From the NCBI GenBank assembly GCA_000004695.1, contig CM000150.2:4704001-4768000 (forward strand): DNA of 64,000 bases, written 5' to 3'. This DNA comes from Dictyostelium discoideum. Lineage: Eukaryota. Each line of letters opens with the position of its first letter. The first letter of the stretch is position 1. The notes under the pieces are model-generated. The model saw only the letters and a program-made list of their open reading frames with translations. It was not told where the DNA came from and made no database searches. This document shows positions 10,774-21,695 of the stretch, piece by piece. The position numbers and the translations under genes are program-made.

Positions 10774-11046
10774 ATGACACTTTTTAGTATTTATAATTTT
10801 TAATTTTAATTTATTATTATATTTAATATTTTATATTAATATTTTTTTATTATTATAATTTTTATAGATTCCATTTCATCTATTTCAAACTCGACTGGTA
10901 TCTCTAAAGAAAGTTTAATTGGAAATTTAAATAGTAATGGAATTGCAACTGGTAATATTAGTGTTTCATGGTTAGGTGGATTTGATGGTTGCGGTGGTTG
11001 CGGCGGTGGTTGTGGAAAAAACGATTTTTTATATTCATCTTTATAA
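10774..11046 (+). CDS. HssA/B-like (hssA/2C/7E family) small Gly/Cys-rich protein; divergent copy with an altered C-terminus
   Basis: Exon 1 is ATGACACTTTTTA (MTLF). An 81-nt AT-rich intron runs GT...TATAG. Exon 2 reads [59 protein letters not shown]. It is preceded by the same promoter block as the copies at 19.4-22.8 kb. Confidence 0.6.
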
Positions 11047-12416
11047 ACACTTGGTTTATTATTTATTTTCGTCATTTTAATCATTTTTGTTTTATTATTT
11101 ATTTTCATCATTTTATAAAAATTATAAAATTAATGGTAAAAAATCAAATGTTATCCAATTTGATTCATCATTCTTTGTTAAATTATCACCATCATCACCA
11201 TCAGTTCTACATAATGGAGGTATAATGGCCAGGTGGATGAATGGAACAAAAAGTACGGGTATACCCGAACCACTAACAGAATCAACGGCGGCACAATTAG
11301 TTTCCAACTTTTTGTTTTAGTTTACATAATAAGACCATAACATAACGCATACCAAACTCTGGTGGATTACCAAAGAAACTAACCAATGGTGTATACATTG
11401 ATTCAACTGACTGTGACTATATTTGAAGAATATCAAGCATTCATGATATTTTGAATGATTACTAGAGGATACAAGATTCACATAGTTTTTCAAGAATTGC
11501 AGTGGTTGGATCATGATTTTATGATTTCAAAATACGTTCAAAATTTAAATGAACATCCATGAAAATTCTTCTTTTTTTCTTTTGAATCTTTATCTTTATT
11601 ACTATTATTATTATTAATTATTATTATTATTTTTATTATTATTAATATTTCCAAAATAATTTTTTTTTTTAATTTATTTTTGGTTGTTTTATTTTTTAGG
11701 GAATAAAATAAAGTAGTTGGAGTAAAAAAAAAAAAATAATTCGTGATGATCATTAAATGGTTCATACAGATATAAAACGCACACTATTAGTTGAAAATGA
11801 TGGTAGATTCTTTATTGGTGATTTTGGAAGAGCAAAGAAAAAAAATAAAATTAAAAAAAATTATAGTTTAAATAAAAAATAAAACAATATTATATTGTAT
11901 AAGGAAAATTTTAAATAAAAATAATAATAAAAATAAAATAGTAATAATATATATATGTTTTTTTTCAACCTTTAGTTCAATAGACTTTATTATTAAATAT
12001 TTTTTAAATTATTTAATTTGATTAAATTTAATCATGGGTAATTTAATTTAACTCTTAAAGTTTTACTTCTCTAGTTAATTTTGAAGACCATGGACACCAG
12101 AAGCAACTATTGAATTATATATTTATTTATTTATAAAAATTATAATTATATGTTAATCAAATTGTATTTTTTAATTTTTCAAAATTATATTTAATTAAAT
12201 ACATACCCTGGGAGGAAAGCAATTATTTATTGTTTTATTATAATAATATTAATAATATTCATCATCCCAACAGTTTAAAAAACACTCAAGTAATTGATTT
12301 TTTTTTATTAATATTATTTTTTTAAACAATAGAAAAAAATAAATTTATTTCATTCTCAAATAATTATTCAATTGTAAATAACAAATTTAAATAAAATAAA
12401 AAAATAAAATATTAAA

Positions 12417-12768
12417 ATGAAATTATTATTAGTATTATTATCTCTTCTTTTAACATTTTCATTATTGGTACAATCTGAAACAGCCTATTTTGGTTTAAAA
12501 ACCCATGGATACCAAAATGAATTTATTTTCAAATTAACTGATTCAGGAAAAATTAAAAAAGCCAGAGATATTTTGTCTGGAGGTGAGTATAAAATTTATA
12601 AAACATTGATAATAACAATAATAAACATCATTTTTTATATAAATACATATGCTAACAATATTTAATATAGAGGAAACTGATGAAGTTCATGTAATGGGTA
12701 GAATTAAAAAGACAAATGAAGACTATAATCCACGTAAATATTCTTTTGATTTTTTATTTAAAATTTAA
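12417..12768 (+). CDS. Small secreted hypothetical protein (signal peptide; at least 2 exons; a third exon ending near 12918 is possible)
   Basis: Exon 1 (12417..12582) has a clear signal peptide, MKLLLVLLSLLLTFSLLVQS. A GTGAGT donor and an ATATAG acceptor lead to exon 2 from 12671. The downstream structure is uncertain. Confidence 0.35.
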
Positions 12769-13650
12769 TTATTATTTAATTATTTTATTAATTTCATTTC
12801 ATCACTTTTAGATTTTTCCTTTATTATTGACCCAGATACAGTCACATTTTTTGAGATGGCTATTGAAGTTTGTGATGCCCCAACTGATTATGTTCAAGAC
12901 CAGAGAAATCCAATGTAGCCTCATCTGAATGCATGGCGAAGATCCATTGTATCCTGAAAGACCAATTAATTCCAATGTGGCTTCATCTGTTGCAAATCGA
13001 TTTTCATTTTTTAAATCTTATAATAATCTATTAAAAATTAATAAAATTTCTTTTTTTTTAACATATTTTAATATTATATATTAATTTTTAATAAATTTTA
13101 TTATTAGTATTATTTTTTGATAATATTAAAATAATAATACTAATAATAAAATTTATTAAAAACTAATAATATTTTTTGATTATTTTTTATAATAAATAAG
13201 GAATAAAATATTTAAAAAAAATAAAAATTCATATATTTTAATATTTTTTATTTAAATATTTATTGTACACCCATTATTTTTTATCATTTTATTATAGTTT
13301 TTAATATACAATATCATATATTATATTACTATAGTTTAATGTTTTAAAAAATGAGAAATTACAATAGTAAAATTTCTCACAATATGGTAAATCAATAAAT
13401 TTTTTATAATTTAATGACAAATTAATATTCAATTTTAATTAAATAATATTAGATTTTATCAATTTTTAATTTATTAAAAAATATTTTTATTTTGGCCAGA
13501 TAATTTAATAATAAAGTGTGATTAATTATTAATTAGAAATTGATATTAGTTTGTTAAAAATTTTATTAAATCATAATATTGTTTCTTAAAATATGAGTTT
13601 TTGTGGTAGTTTAATTTCTCACAAAATAGTAAAATTTCTTAGGTTTTTTT

Positions 13651-13656
13651 CTCCGG

Positions 13657-13690
<34 letters not shown>

Positions 13691-13730
13691 ATTATTATTA
13701 ATTATAATTAATTATTATTATTATTGTAAA
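13651..13730. repeat. (ATT)n microsatellite
   Basis: Direct reading shows ttattattattattattattattattattataattattatta... Confidence 0.85.
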
Positions 13731-13811
13731 AATCAATTGATATTAAAAATTTGAAATCACTGAAAAAAAAAAAATAATAACCACATTAAAGATCGGTCGT
13801 GGTTAGATCTC

Positions 13812-13851
<40 letters not shown>

Positions 13852-14090
13852 TATTAACAGTGTGCTGGTAAAAATTAATTTATTTGAAATTTTTTTTTAT
13901 TTGTTTTAATTCTAATTAAGACAGAGGAGAGTTAATGAGGTTGAAAAAATAGAAATAAAAACAAAAATAAAAATAATTACTACATCAAAAATAAAAAAAA
14001 AAAAAAGTAGAATTAAAGAAAACTAAATTTTTATTGGAGTAATTATTTTATTTAAGAAAATAAAAAAATATTATCTCATGATTAAATATT

Positions 14091-15009
14091 TTATTTATCA
14101 GATATAACTTCTATAGAAAATAAATGGATTGAAAATCTTGAGATTGGTAATAGAATTACTGAGAAATCCTTTCCTACATCAAATTTTGGAGTTTCAAATA
14201 CAAATCTATCATACAATTGATAACTTCTATTTTGATGGAATGTTAAACGAGTAACCAAGTTTTTACTTGATCCTTGAGTATGAAAACTGTATGTTTTATT
14301 TAAATAATAAAGGTCATCAGATCCAGAGGCAAGAATTCTTCTAATTTTATTAAGTTCATATCCATTTGAGTTTGTTTTTATTACTTTTAGTTGAAAGTTA
14401 TTTGGTATATATTCATAGGTTTTATTTAAGTGATATGAATAATAAATTCTGATTTTAACTTGATTGTTTGGCTTGGATAACAAAAAGCTTTGAATGAAGG
14501 CTATATCATAATTTGGTTGATTTTCAGTGGCAACAAAAGTTATATCAACAGCATCATCTGAAACATACTTTCTATAGGGATAAGATTGAACGTAAATTCC
14601 ATAGCATCCTGTTAAAAAATCAAAAGATTGTTGAGGTCTTTCATAAGGCAACGTCCAAACTACACCTTTTTTAATATTTCTACCAACATCTGCAAAGTCA
14701 CGAATAATAATTGTTCCACTATCACCTTTCTGTGTATTATCTCCACGTTCCCAACTGATTCTTTCACCTGTTGAGGATGTCGAGGTTGGTTTATAAACTA
14801 CGTCACGGTCATATCTTGTAACATCTGAGTACAAGAATAGTGAAATAGTTCCGCTCCAATCTGGTACTGGAAATTTATCATTACAACGCCAATTTCCATT
14901 TGAATTTGTGGCACATCTATTATCATTTTGAATTAATATTTGTGGTAAAATAATCATATAATTTGAAAACACCTATTTAACATGTAATCATAATAAAGAA
15001 TTAGAAAAG

Positions 15010-15062
<53 letters not shown>

Positions 15063-15957
15063 TACTTCAAGTGAATGTAATCGAATTTTAGCACTAAATA
15101 TTATATCTTTGTTTGTTCCATTTACAATTCCTGGATGTAAACCCATTGAAATTCCATTATAATTAGCATCACGGAGTAGTGCTGAGTATAATACTGCAGT
15201 ATCAATATACAATTTGGCTAAGAGGCTAATACGAGTTGGATCTGAAAATTGTATTAAACAATCTTCCAATTTACTTAAAAAAACATAAAACACTGGTGGT
15301 AAATTGTTTTTAGTTTCTTCTGTAGTTAAACCAGTTGCACCAAATTCTTTTTTCCATATATTGAGCATATCCATATAATTATCTGAAGATTTTTTCAAAG
15401 TTTTAAATTGATATCTGCATGTTTGAAGAACACTTGCATTAATGGCTCTATTGGTATAGATTTTCATATCTTTTGCCATAAATTCCATCCTTTCGTTAAA
15501 CTCTTTCATTCTAAATTAAATTAAATTTTAAAACTATTTGTAAATATATTTACAATATATATATATATCTTTTATTTTTATAAAAAGTGTTTTACTTACG
15601 TTACTTTTGGTTCTTCTGGTTGTTTTGGATAAAACTAGATTTTTAAAATTAATATTTTAAAGCTTTTTTATCATAATTTAATAATTTAATAATACATACC
15701 AAATTGAATACAAAATATAAACAAGAATCTATGGCTGCACCATAAACTGGAATACTACAAATTCCTAAAATGAAATATAATTAGTTTTTATTTTAAAATT
15801 AAAATTTCAATTTTAATTAAAAGAAAGAAAACTTACCACCTCTAACCAAACCAATATAATCTGGTAATGTGGGATCATTTACTAAATGAGCATCATTTGA
15901 AGGTAAAAGTAATAAACATAAAAAAACAATTAGAGATAAAAAGATAACTTTTTTCAT
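14091..15957 (-). CDS. Secreted hypothetical protein of about 515 aa (5 exons)
   Basis: I assembled the exons by hand. Exon 1 (15957..15837) is MKKVIFLSLIVFLCLLLLPSNDAHLV..., a signal peptide. Exon 2 is 15764..15700, exon 3 is 15634..15600, exon 4 is 15510..15066 and exon 5 is 14972..14091. All junctions are GTAAGT/GTATGT donors with T-rich AG acceptors and preserve the reading frame. The intron at 15065..14973 contains a 58-nt A/T homopolymer. Confidence 0.65.
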
Positions 15958-16284
15958 TTTGATAAAATCGATAGTAATTAAATTTTTTTTTTTTTTTTTA
16001 AAAAAAAAATATAATGTATTTTAAAATTTAAAAAAAAAAAATATTAGTTTAAATAGTATTATCTGAAATTTTCCTTTGCTTTAAAAAATAATGATTGTTG
16101 TGAATTAATTGACCCATAATATTTTAAAGGATCAAACATTTTGTTTTTTTTTAAAAAATCTTTTGATTTTTTAAAAGTTGCCCAATAAATTTTACGATTC
16201 TCAATTTAAATTAATTAATTAAAAATTAAATTGAAAAAAAAAAAATTTATTGGGTCTAATATTTTAAAAATCAATATCTTTGGG

Positions 16285-16315
<31 letters not shown>

Positions 16316-16537
16316 AAAATATTAATTTGATTAGCCCATTCAATGATTTTTAATTCAAGATTTTTTTTTTTTTTTATAAATTAATTAAAAAATTAATTAG
16401 ATTGGCCCACAAGCTAAAAATCTCCAAACCAGATTTCTTTCCTTTTTTTTTTTTTTTTTTTCGTCATAAATTTTATTTCAAAATTACATAATAAAACTAA
16501 CCGTTTATTTAAATAAAACTTTTTTCAATAACCAATC

Positions 16538-16601
<64 letters not shown>

Positions 16602-16669
16602 CTTTTTTTAAATAAACAAACTACATTCTATTTAATTTATTATAATAATTAAATCTAAATTTAAATAAT

Positions 16670-17782
16670 ATGAAATTATTATATATTGTAGTATTTTTAT
16701 TATTTGCTATAAAACTTTGTTGTTCAGAGTATTGTGGAGAAACTTATTGCGTTGAAAATAGAAATTGTTATTCATTTATAGGTTGCAGAAATTCAACATG
16801 TTTATATGAAACAATAGATTTAGATGATGAAGTTGATTGTACAGTAGACACATGTAGTGATAGATATGGTGTTAAAAATACTCCAAATAATTCATTATGC
16901 CCACCAGAAAATTTATGTGATATGTTTCTATGTGATACTCAAAGTGGTTGTGTTGCTATACCAAAAGTAAATTGTCCAGCACCAAACCCATGTCAAATTC
17001 CATTAGGTTGTAATAGAGAAACTGGTATTTGTGAATACGATGAAATTGATTGCCATGATGATAATGAATGTACCAACGACTATTGTGACCCAATACTTGG
17101 AGAATGCGTCCACTTTTCCAATGATACCATTTGTTCAAATAAAGCAAGTAACTTCTCTACTTGTGTCCTAAGTGGAGTATGTGGAGAGTTTGGCTGTAAA
17201 TACGTAGAAGATAATTGCAATGATGGTAATCCATGCACAGATGATTATTGCGATTTTAAAAACGGATGTGTTTCACAAAAAAACGATTGGAATTGTGATT
17301 CACTAAGTGCATGTTCCGAAGGTATATGTACCGACAATGGATGTGTTCAACAAGAGGTCGATTGTGATGATGATAACCCATGTTCAGAAGATTTTTGTCA
17401 TCCCTTATTTGGATGTGGTTCAATATTAAATGATACTATTTGTACAAATGGTAATAAATGTGTAAATAGTACATGTACTGAAGATGGTTGTTCATTACCA
17501 GTTCCAATAGTTTGCCAAGATGGAAATCCATGTTCTGATGACACCTGTAATCCCTCCACTGGTTGCCAATTCACATTGAATAATTCAAATTGTAATGATG
17601 GAAAGAAATGCACTATAGATCAATGTGGTCTAAATGGTTGTACACATACAAATATTACATGCCCACCAAAAAGAGTTGTCGACATTATTCTTATAGGATT
17701 AATTTGTAGAAATCACTACTGTGATCAATCAACTGGAAATTGTGTTCCTGATATGAATTCAGTATCTCTATTATGTATATAA
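16670..17782 (+). CDS. Secreted cysteine-rich protein with multiple Dicty_CTDC (Dictyostelium slime-mold) repeats, prestalk/prespore ECM-type
   Basis: Has a signal peptide (MKLLYIVVFLLFAIKLCCS). Repeated C-x-DDNxCTxDxC-x-xxGC units appear (NECTNDYCDPILGEC, NPCTDDYCDFKNGC, NPCSEDFCHPLFGC, NPCSDDTCNPSTGC). Confidence 0.8.
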   Translation: MKLLYIVVFLLFAIKLCCSEYCGETYCVENRNCYSFIGCRNSTCLYETIDLDDEVDCTVDTCSDRYGVKNTPNNSLCPPENLCDMFLCDTQSGCVAIPKVNCPAPNPCQIPLGCNRETGICEYDEIDCHDDNECTNDYCDPILGECVHFSNDTICSNKASNFSTCVLSGVCGEFGCKYVEDNCNDGNPCTDDYCDFKNGCVSQKNDWNCDSLSACSEGICTDNGCVQQEVDCDDDNPCSEDFCHPLFGCGSILNDTICTNGNKCVNSTCTEDGCSLPVPIVCQDGNPCSDDTCNPSTGCQFTLNNSNCNDGKKCTIDQCGLNGCTHTNITCPPKRVVDIILIGLICRNHYCDQSTGNCVPDMNSVSLLCI

Positions 17783-18002
17783 ATACAACCAAAAAAAAAA
17801 ATAAAATAATAAAAAAAAATAAAAAATAAGTAAAAAACAAATTTTCATAGTAATAATAAAATTTAAATTAGAATTTTATTTTAAGTTAATTTTATTTTAT
17901 TTTTTTGTTTTATTAATTTTTCTAATCTTTTGTTATTACAAATTTCAATGATTTTGTTTGTTTTTTTTTAGTTAAAAACTAAACAATCATTTTCTTTAAT
18001 TT

Positions 18003-19430
18003 TTAATATAAAATAAAATAATTTTTCAGGTAATATAATATTTGATGGTGATATAAAAACTGATACAGATAATTTGCAAAGAAAGTATAATTATCTTTTT
18101 GTAAAAGAGTAGAAAATATGGATTTTCTGGAAATGGTTGAATTTGCACGAGTATCAAGTGAGAAATCTTGAAAATCAGAAATTCCCAATAACCTTTCTTT
18201 GTATAGGTATTTTAAAATCTCTAATCTATTATTGATAATAAGATGACAAATTTGATTTGAATTAATTTCAAGGGAATTCTTTTTCATATTATAATTATTT
18301 GAAACGGTCGAATCGAATTGTATTATTTCAGAGTTTTTAAAAGTTGGATAGTTTAAAAAGAAATTTAAAACTTGAATATTACCCAATTGAATTGATAACA
18401 TTATTAATGGTGTAACTCCATTTGATGATTGAAAATGAATGGATGGGAAAAAAATATTGTAAAAGATCTAATCCAATTGTTTTTATAAGTGAAGGTAATT
18501 ATTTCTTTATTTTTTCATCAAATGAATGATCTAAAGAATAAATTGATTTTAACCTACTGGAATCTAAAAATTCAATTAAATGTTCAAAAATATCACTTCT
18601 CTTAAAGAAACAACTGGTAATTGAATTTGAAGATTTAAAATCTAAAAGAAATTCATTATGACTTGTTAGATTCCAATCTGCACCTAATGAAATTTTTGAA
18701 CTTAAAAATTGTTTATTCTTTAAATTTGTAAATAATCTATCCACATTTAAACTTGATTCTCTAAAACTTGGATCCAATGAAAATGGTGATGATGTAAAAT
18801 ATTGAATTTTACAATTTGATTCTTTAAATGATTCAATAAGGTTACTAACTAAAAAATATCTTTTATCAACTGATAAACTATAAAAATTATATCCTTTGGT
18901 ATAATTGAATTACATTCTTTTGAAAGTTGAAATAATTTTATAATTAATTCATCTGAAAATCCTTTTTCAATTGATTTCTTTATAATTTCAATATTTATAA
19001 TATTATTTTTTGAAATTTTAAAAATTATTGTAATTTTTTCAATAATTGATAAATCAATTGAAAAAATGATTTGATTTTCACCATCACCACTAACTTGTGA
19101 TATATTTGTAAAAATTTCATTTAATATTTAATTTTCTTTTCCTTATTATCTTCTTCCTCTTCTTCTTCTTGATCATTATCATAATCATTATCAAATAATG
19201 AATTTAAAATAAAATCTTTAAATAAAAATGAAATGATTTCATCTTTTAGTTCAATTAAATCTAAATCTAATTGTTTAAATATATTAATTGAATTGGATAA
19301 TGATTTTTTTATTTAATTGTAAATAATCTTCAATTAATTTCTTTCTATATGATTTTGTTAATGATGGTTGTAATCCTTTTGATTATAATAAGATTTTGTC
19401 AACTTTACAAATATTATTAAAAATTTTAAT
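18003..19430 (-). pseudogene. Disrupted gene with an ankyrin-repeat-like segment (frameshifted, probable pseudogene)
   Basis: Coding-like minus-strand pieces sit in three different frames. At 18467..18003 one piece reads ...NGVTPLIMLSIQLGNIQVLNFFLNY, which is ankyrin-like. At 18777..18499 another ends ...DEKIKK* with no usable GT donor to join the frames. Upstream there is an acidic DNDYDNDQEEEEEED segment. Confidence 0.3.
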
Positions 19431-19440
19431 TTTATCTTGA

Positions 19441-19535
19441 TCGGTGGTGGTTGTGGTTGGAGTGGTTGTGGTGATAGTTCTAATTTAAATATTATCAATG
19501 TTGATATTGATATTGGTCGCCGTCGTCATCGTAGA
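19441..19535 (+). pseudogene. HssA/B-like gene 3' fragment (C-terminal part only)
   Basis: ...[33 protein letters not shown] is followed by the family 3' flank. No exon 1, intron or promoter lies upstream. Confidence 0.5.
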
Positions 19536-19692
19536 TGTTGCTAATATAATAATTTATATTTGGAACATCATGTTATTATTTTAAATATTAAATAAAATAT
19601 AATATTATTACTACAAATTTTAATTTTGTTTTTTTTTGTAAATATTTATATATTAAAATATTATTAAACAAATAGAAAATAAACATATAAAA

Positions 19693-20002
19693 ATGACACT
19701 TTTTAGTATTTATTTTTTTTTAAATTTTATTTATTATCATTCAATGTACTGTATTAATTTTATTTATTATAATTTTAATAGATTCATTTTCATCAATTTC
19801 AAACTCCACTGGTATCCCTAAACATAGTTTAATTGGAAATTCCGAAAGTAATACTAGAGGTGGTGGTAACAGTGTCTCATGATTAGGTGGATTTGATGGC
19901 TGTGGTGGTTGTGGTGGTTGTGGTGGATTCGGTGGTTGTGGCGGTTCAAATTTAAATTTTATCAATATTGATATTGATCGTCGTCATCGTAGATGTTGCT
20001 AA
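19693..20002 (+). pseudogene. HssA/B-like gene copy with an in-frame nonsense codon (TGG to TGA at the conserved SWLGG tryptophan)
   Basis: The promoter, exon 1 (ATGACACTTTTTA) and intron are the same as in intact copies. Exon 2 reads ...[10 protein letters not shown] (agtgtctcaTGAttaggtgga). Intact copies have agtatttcaTGGttaggt. Confidence 0.55.
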
Positions 20003-20096
20003 TTTATAATTGGAATATCATGTTTTTATTTTAACTATTAAATAAAATATAATCTTTTTTACTTCAAATTTTAATTTTGTTTTCAATTTAAAATGA

Positions 20097-20100
<4 letters not shown>

Positions 20101-20156
<56 letters not shown>
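20101..20156. repeat. Long T homopolymer (about 55 nt) in the 3' flank of the hssA-like repeat unit. Homologous tracts recur at 20882..20937 and in the copy-4 intron at 22546..22600.
   Basis: Direct reading. The tract is followed in each unit by the same gattattttgaatga(g/a)tgattca(t/g)aattgaaaac... block. Confidence 0.8.
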
Positions 20157-20574
20157 ATTATTTTGAATGAGTGATTCATAATTGAAAACTTTTATTTACA
20201 ATTGATCGTTGATAATTTTTTAATTAACCAATTAATTCATTAATCTGATTTATAAATTTGATCGATTTAATTCCAACCTTTTTCTATTTTTTTTATAAAT
20301 AAACCATAATTAATTGTAAAATTTAATAGTCTACTTTTAATTTTGAAAACGGATTTTATTAACTAAAAAAGAGTTTTTTATTGTGATAATAAAAAAATGA
20401 TATTAAAATTTTATTTTTTTACATGAAAAAAGTAAATGTGTGCCTTTTTTTTATTTTTTAAAAAAAATTTTAGTTAAATTTGTTTAAATAATTATACATT
20501 AAAGGTAAGTGGGAATAAATAAATTTTTTTTTTTTTAATTTCAAACCAAATATTTAATTTATATTAAAATAAAA

Positions 20575-20743
20575 TTAAACAAATAGAAAATAAACATGGT
20601 TAGGTGGATTTGATTGCTGTAGTGGTAGTGGCGGTGGTTGTGGTGGATTCGGGGGTTGTGGTGGTGGTTGTGGTGGTAGTGATGGTTCAAATTTAAATAT
20701 TATCAATGTTGATATTGATATTGGTCGTCGTAGATGTTGCTAA
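20575..20743 (+). pseudogene. HssA/B-like relic with an internal deletion. The promoter is fused directly to the distal half of exon 2.
   Basis: The conserved upstream block ...aaacaaatagaaaataaacat joins directly to ggttaggtggatttgat...[17 protein letters not shown]. Exon 1, the intron and the proximal exon 2 are missing. The ATG created at the junction is out of frame. Confidence 0.5.
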
Positions 20744-20874
20744 AATAAAAATAAAAACAGGATATTTCAATTATAAATTATAACTTTTAAATAAAATATA
20801 ATCTTTACTACAAATTTTAATTATGTTTTTATATTAAATTTTTATTTTCCTTGTTTTGAAATAATAAAACACCT

Positions 20875-20938
<64 letters not shown>

Positions 20939-21282
20939 ATTATTTTGAATGAATGATGATTCAGAATTGAAAACGACTATTTCCAATTGATCATTGTTTA
21001 TTTTTTAAATAATTTTTTAAATTAACAAATCAGTTTTATTAAATTTGATCGATTTAATTGCAAATTGTTTTTATTTTATTTTTTTAAAATAAAACAATAT
21101 AATAAAACAATCTACTTTTATAAAAAGAATGAATTATATTAACTAAATTAGTGAGAGTTTTTTATATTGTAAAACTATTTTATTTTATTTGCCTAAAAAA
21201 AAGTAAATGTGTGTTTTATTTTTATTATTATAAAATATATTTTAGTTACCCTTAATGTATAATTATTTAAACAAATTTAAGT

Positions 21283-21294
21283 GGGTATAAATAA
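21283..21294 (+). promoter_or_regulatory. TATA-like box (GGTATAAATAAA) in the conserved hssA/B-like promoter block
   Basis: The same aagtggGTATAAATAaa motif recurs about 85-100 bp upstream of the ATG at every copy (near 10668, 20505, 21283 and 22382). It is followed by the conserved ...aaacaaatagaaaataaacat(a)taaaaATG leader. Confidence 0.4.
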
Positions 21295-21377
21295 ATTTTT
21301 TTTTTTTTTTTTTTTTTTTTAATCAAATAATAAATTTAAATTAAAATATAATTAAACAAATAGAAAATAAACATAAA

Positions 21378-21695
21378 ATGACACTTTTTAGTATTTATTT
21401 TTTTTATTTAATTATTAATATTAAATGTTTTGTATTAATTTTTATTTTTATTATAATTATAATAGATTCAATTTCATCAATTTCAAACTCAACTGGTATC
21501 TCTAAACATAGTTTAATTGGAAATGTCGAAAGTAATACTAGTAGAAGTGGTGGTAACAGTATTTCATGGTTAGGTAGATTTGATGGCTGTGGTGGTTGTG
21601 GTGGTGGTTGTGGTGGATTCGGTGGTTGTGACAGTTCAAATTTAAATATTATAAATATTGATATTGATATTGGTCGTCGTCGTAGATGCTGTTAA
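21378..21695 (+). CDS. HssA/B-like (hssA/2C/7E family) protein, intact copy (2 exons, intron 21391..21465)
   Basis: MTLF|[77 protein letters not shown] 75-nt GT...AG intron. A TATA-like GGTATAAATAAA box lies about 85 bp upstream of the ATG. Confidence 0.7.
   Translation: MTLFSIYFFYLIINIKCFVLIFIFIIIIIDSISSISNSTGISKHSLIGNVESNTSRSGGNSISWLGRFDGCGGCGGGCGGFGGCDSSNLNIINIDIDIGRRRRCC

Noticed and set aside
10836-11111. Pro-rich ORFs ([13 protein letters not shown]...) on the minus strand at 10836..11111, 19741..19965 and 22540..22800
   Set aside because: They are the antisense reading of the GGTGGTTGTGG (Gly/Cys) repeats of the hssA/B-like genes. The plus strand has the ATG, the conserved 13-nt first exon, a GT...AG intron and a TATA-containing promoter. 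The minus-strand ORFs have none of these.
11200-11300. GC-richer stretch (ggtggatgaatggaac...gggtatacccgaacc...) screened as a possible tRNA or snRNA
   Set aside because: No cloverleaf can be drawn, it has no A/B boxes, and it has no similarity to U-snRNA sequences I know. It is retained only as an unexplained compositional island in the findings.
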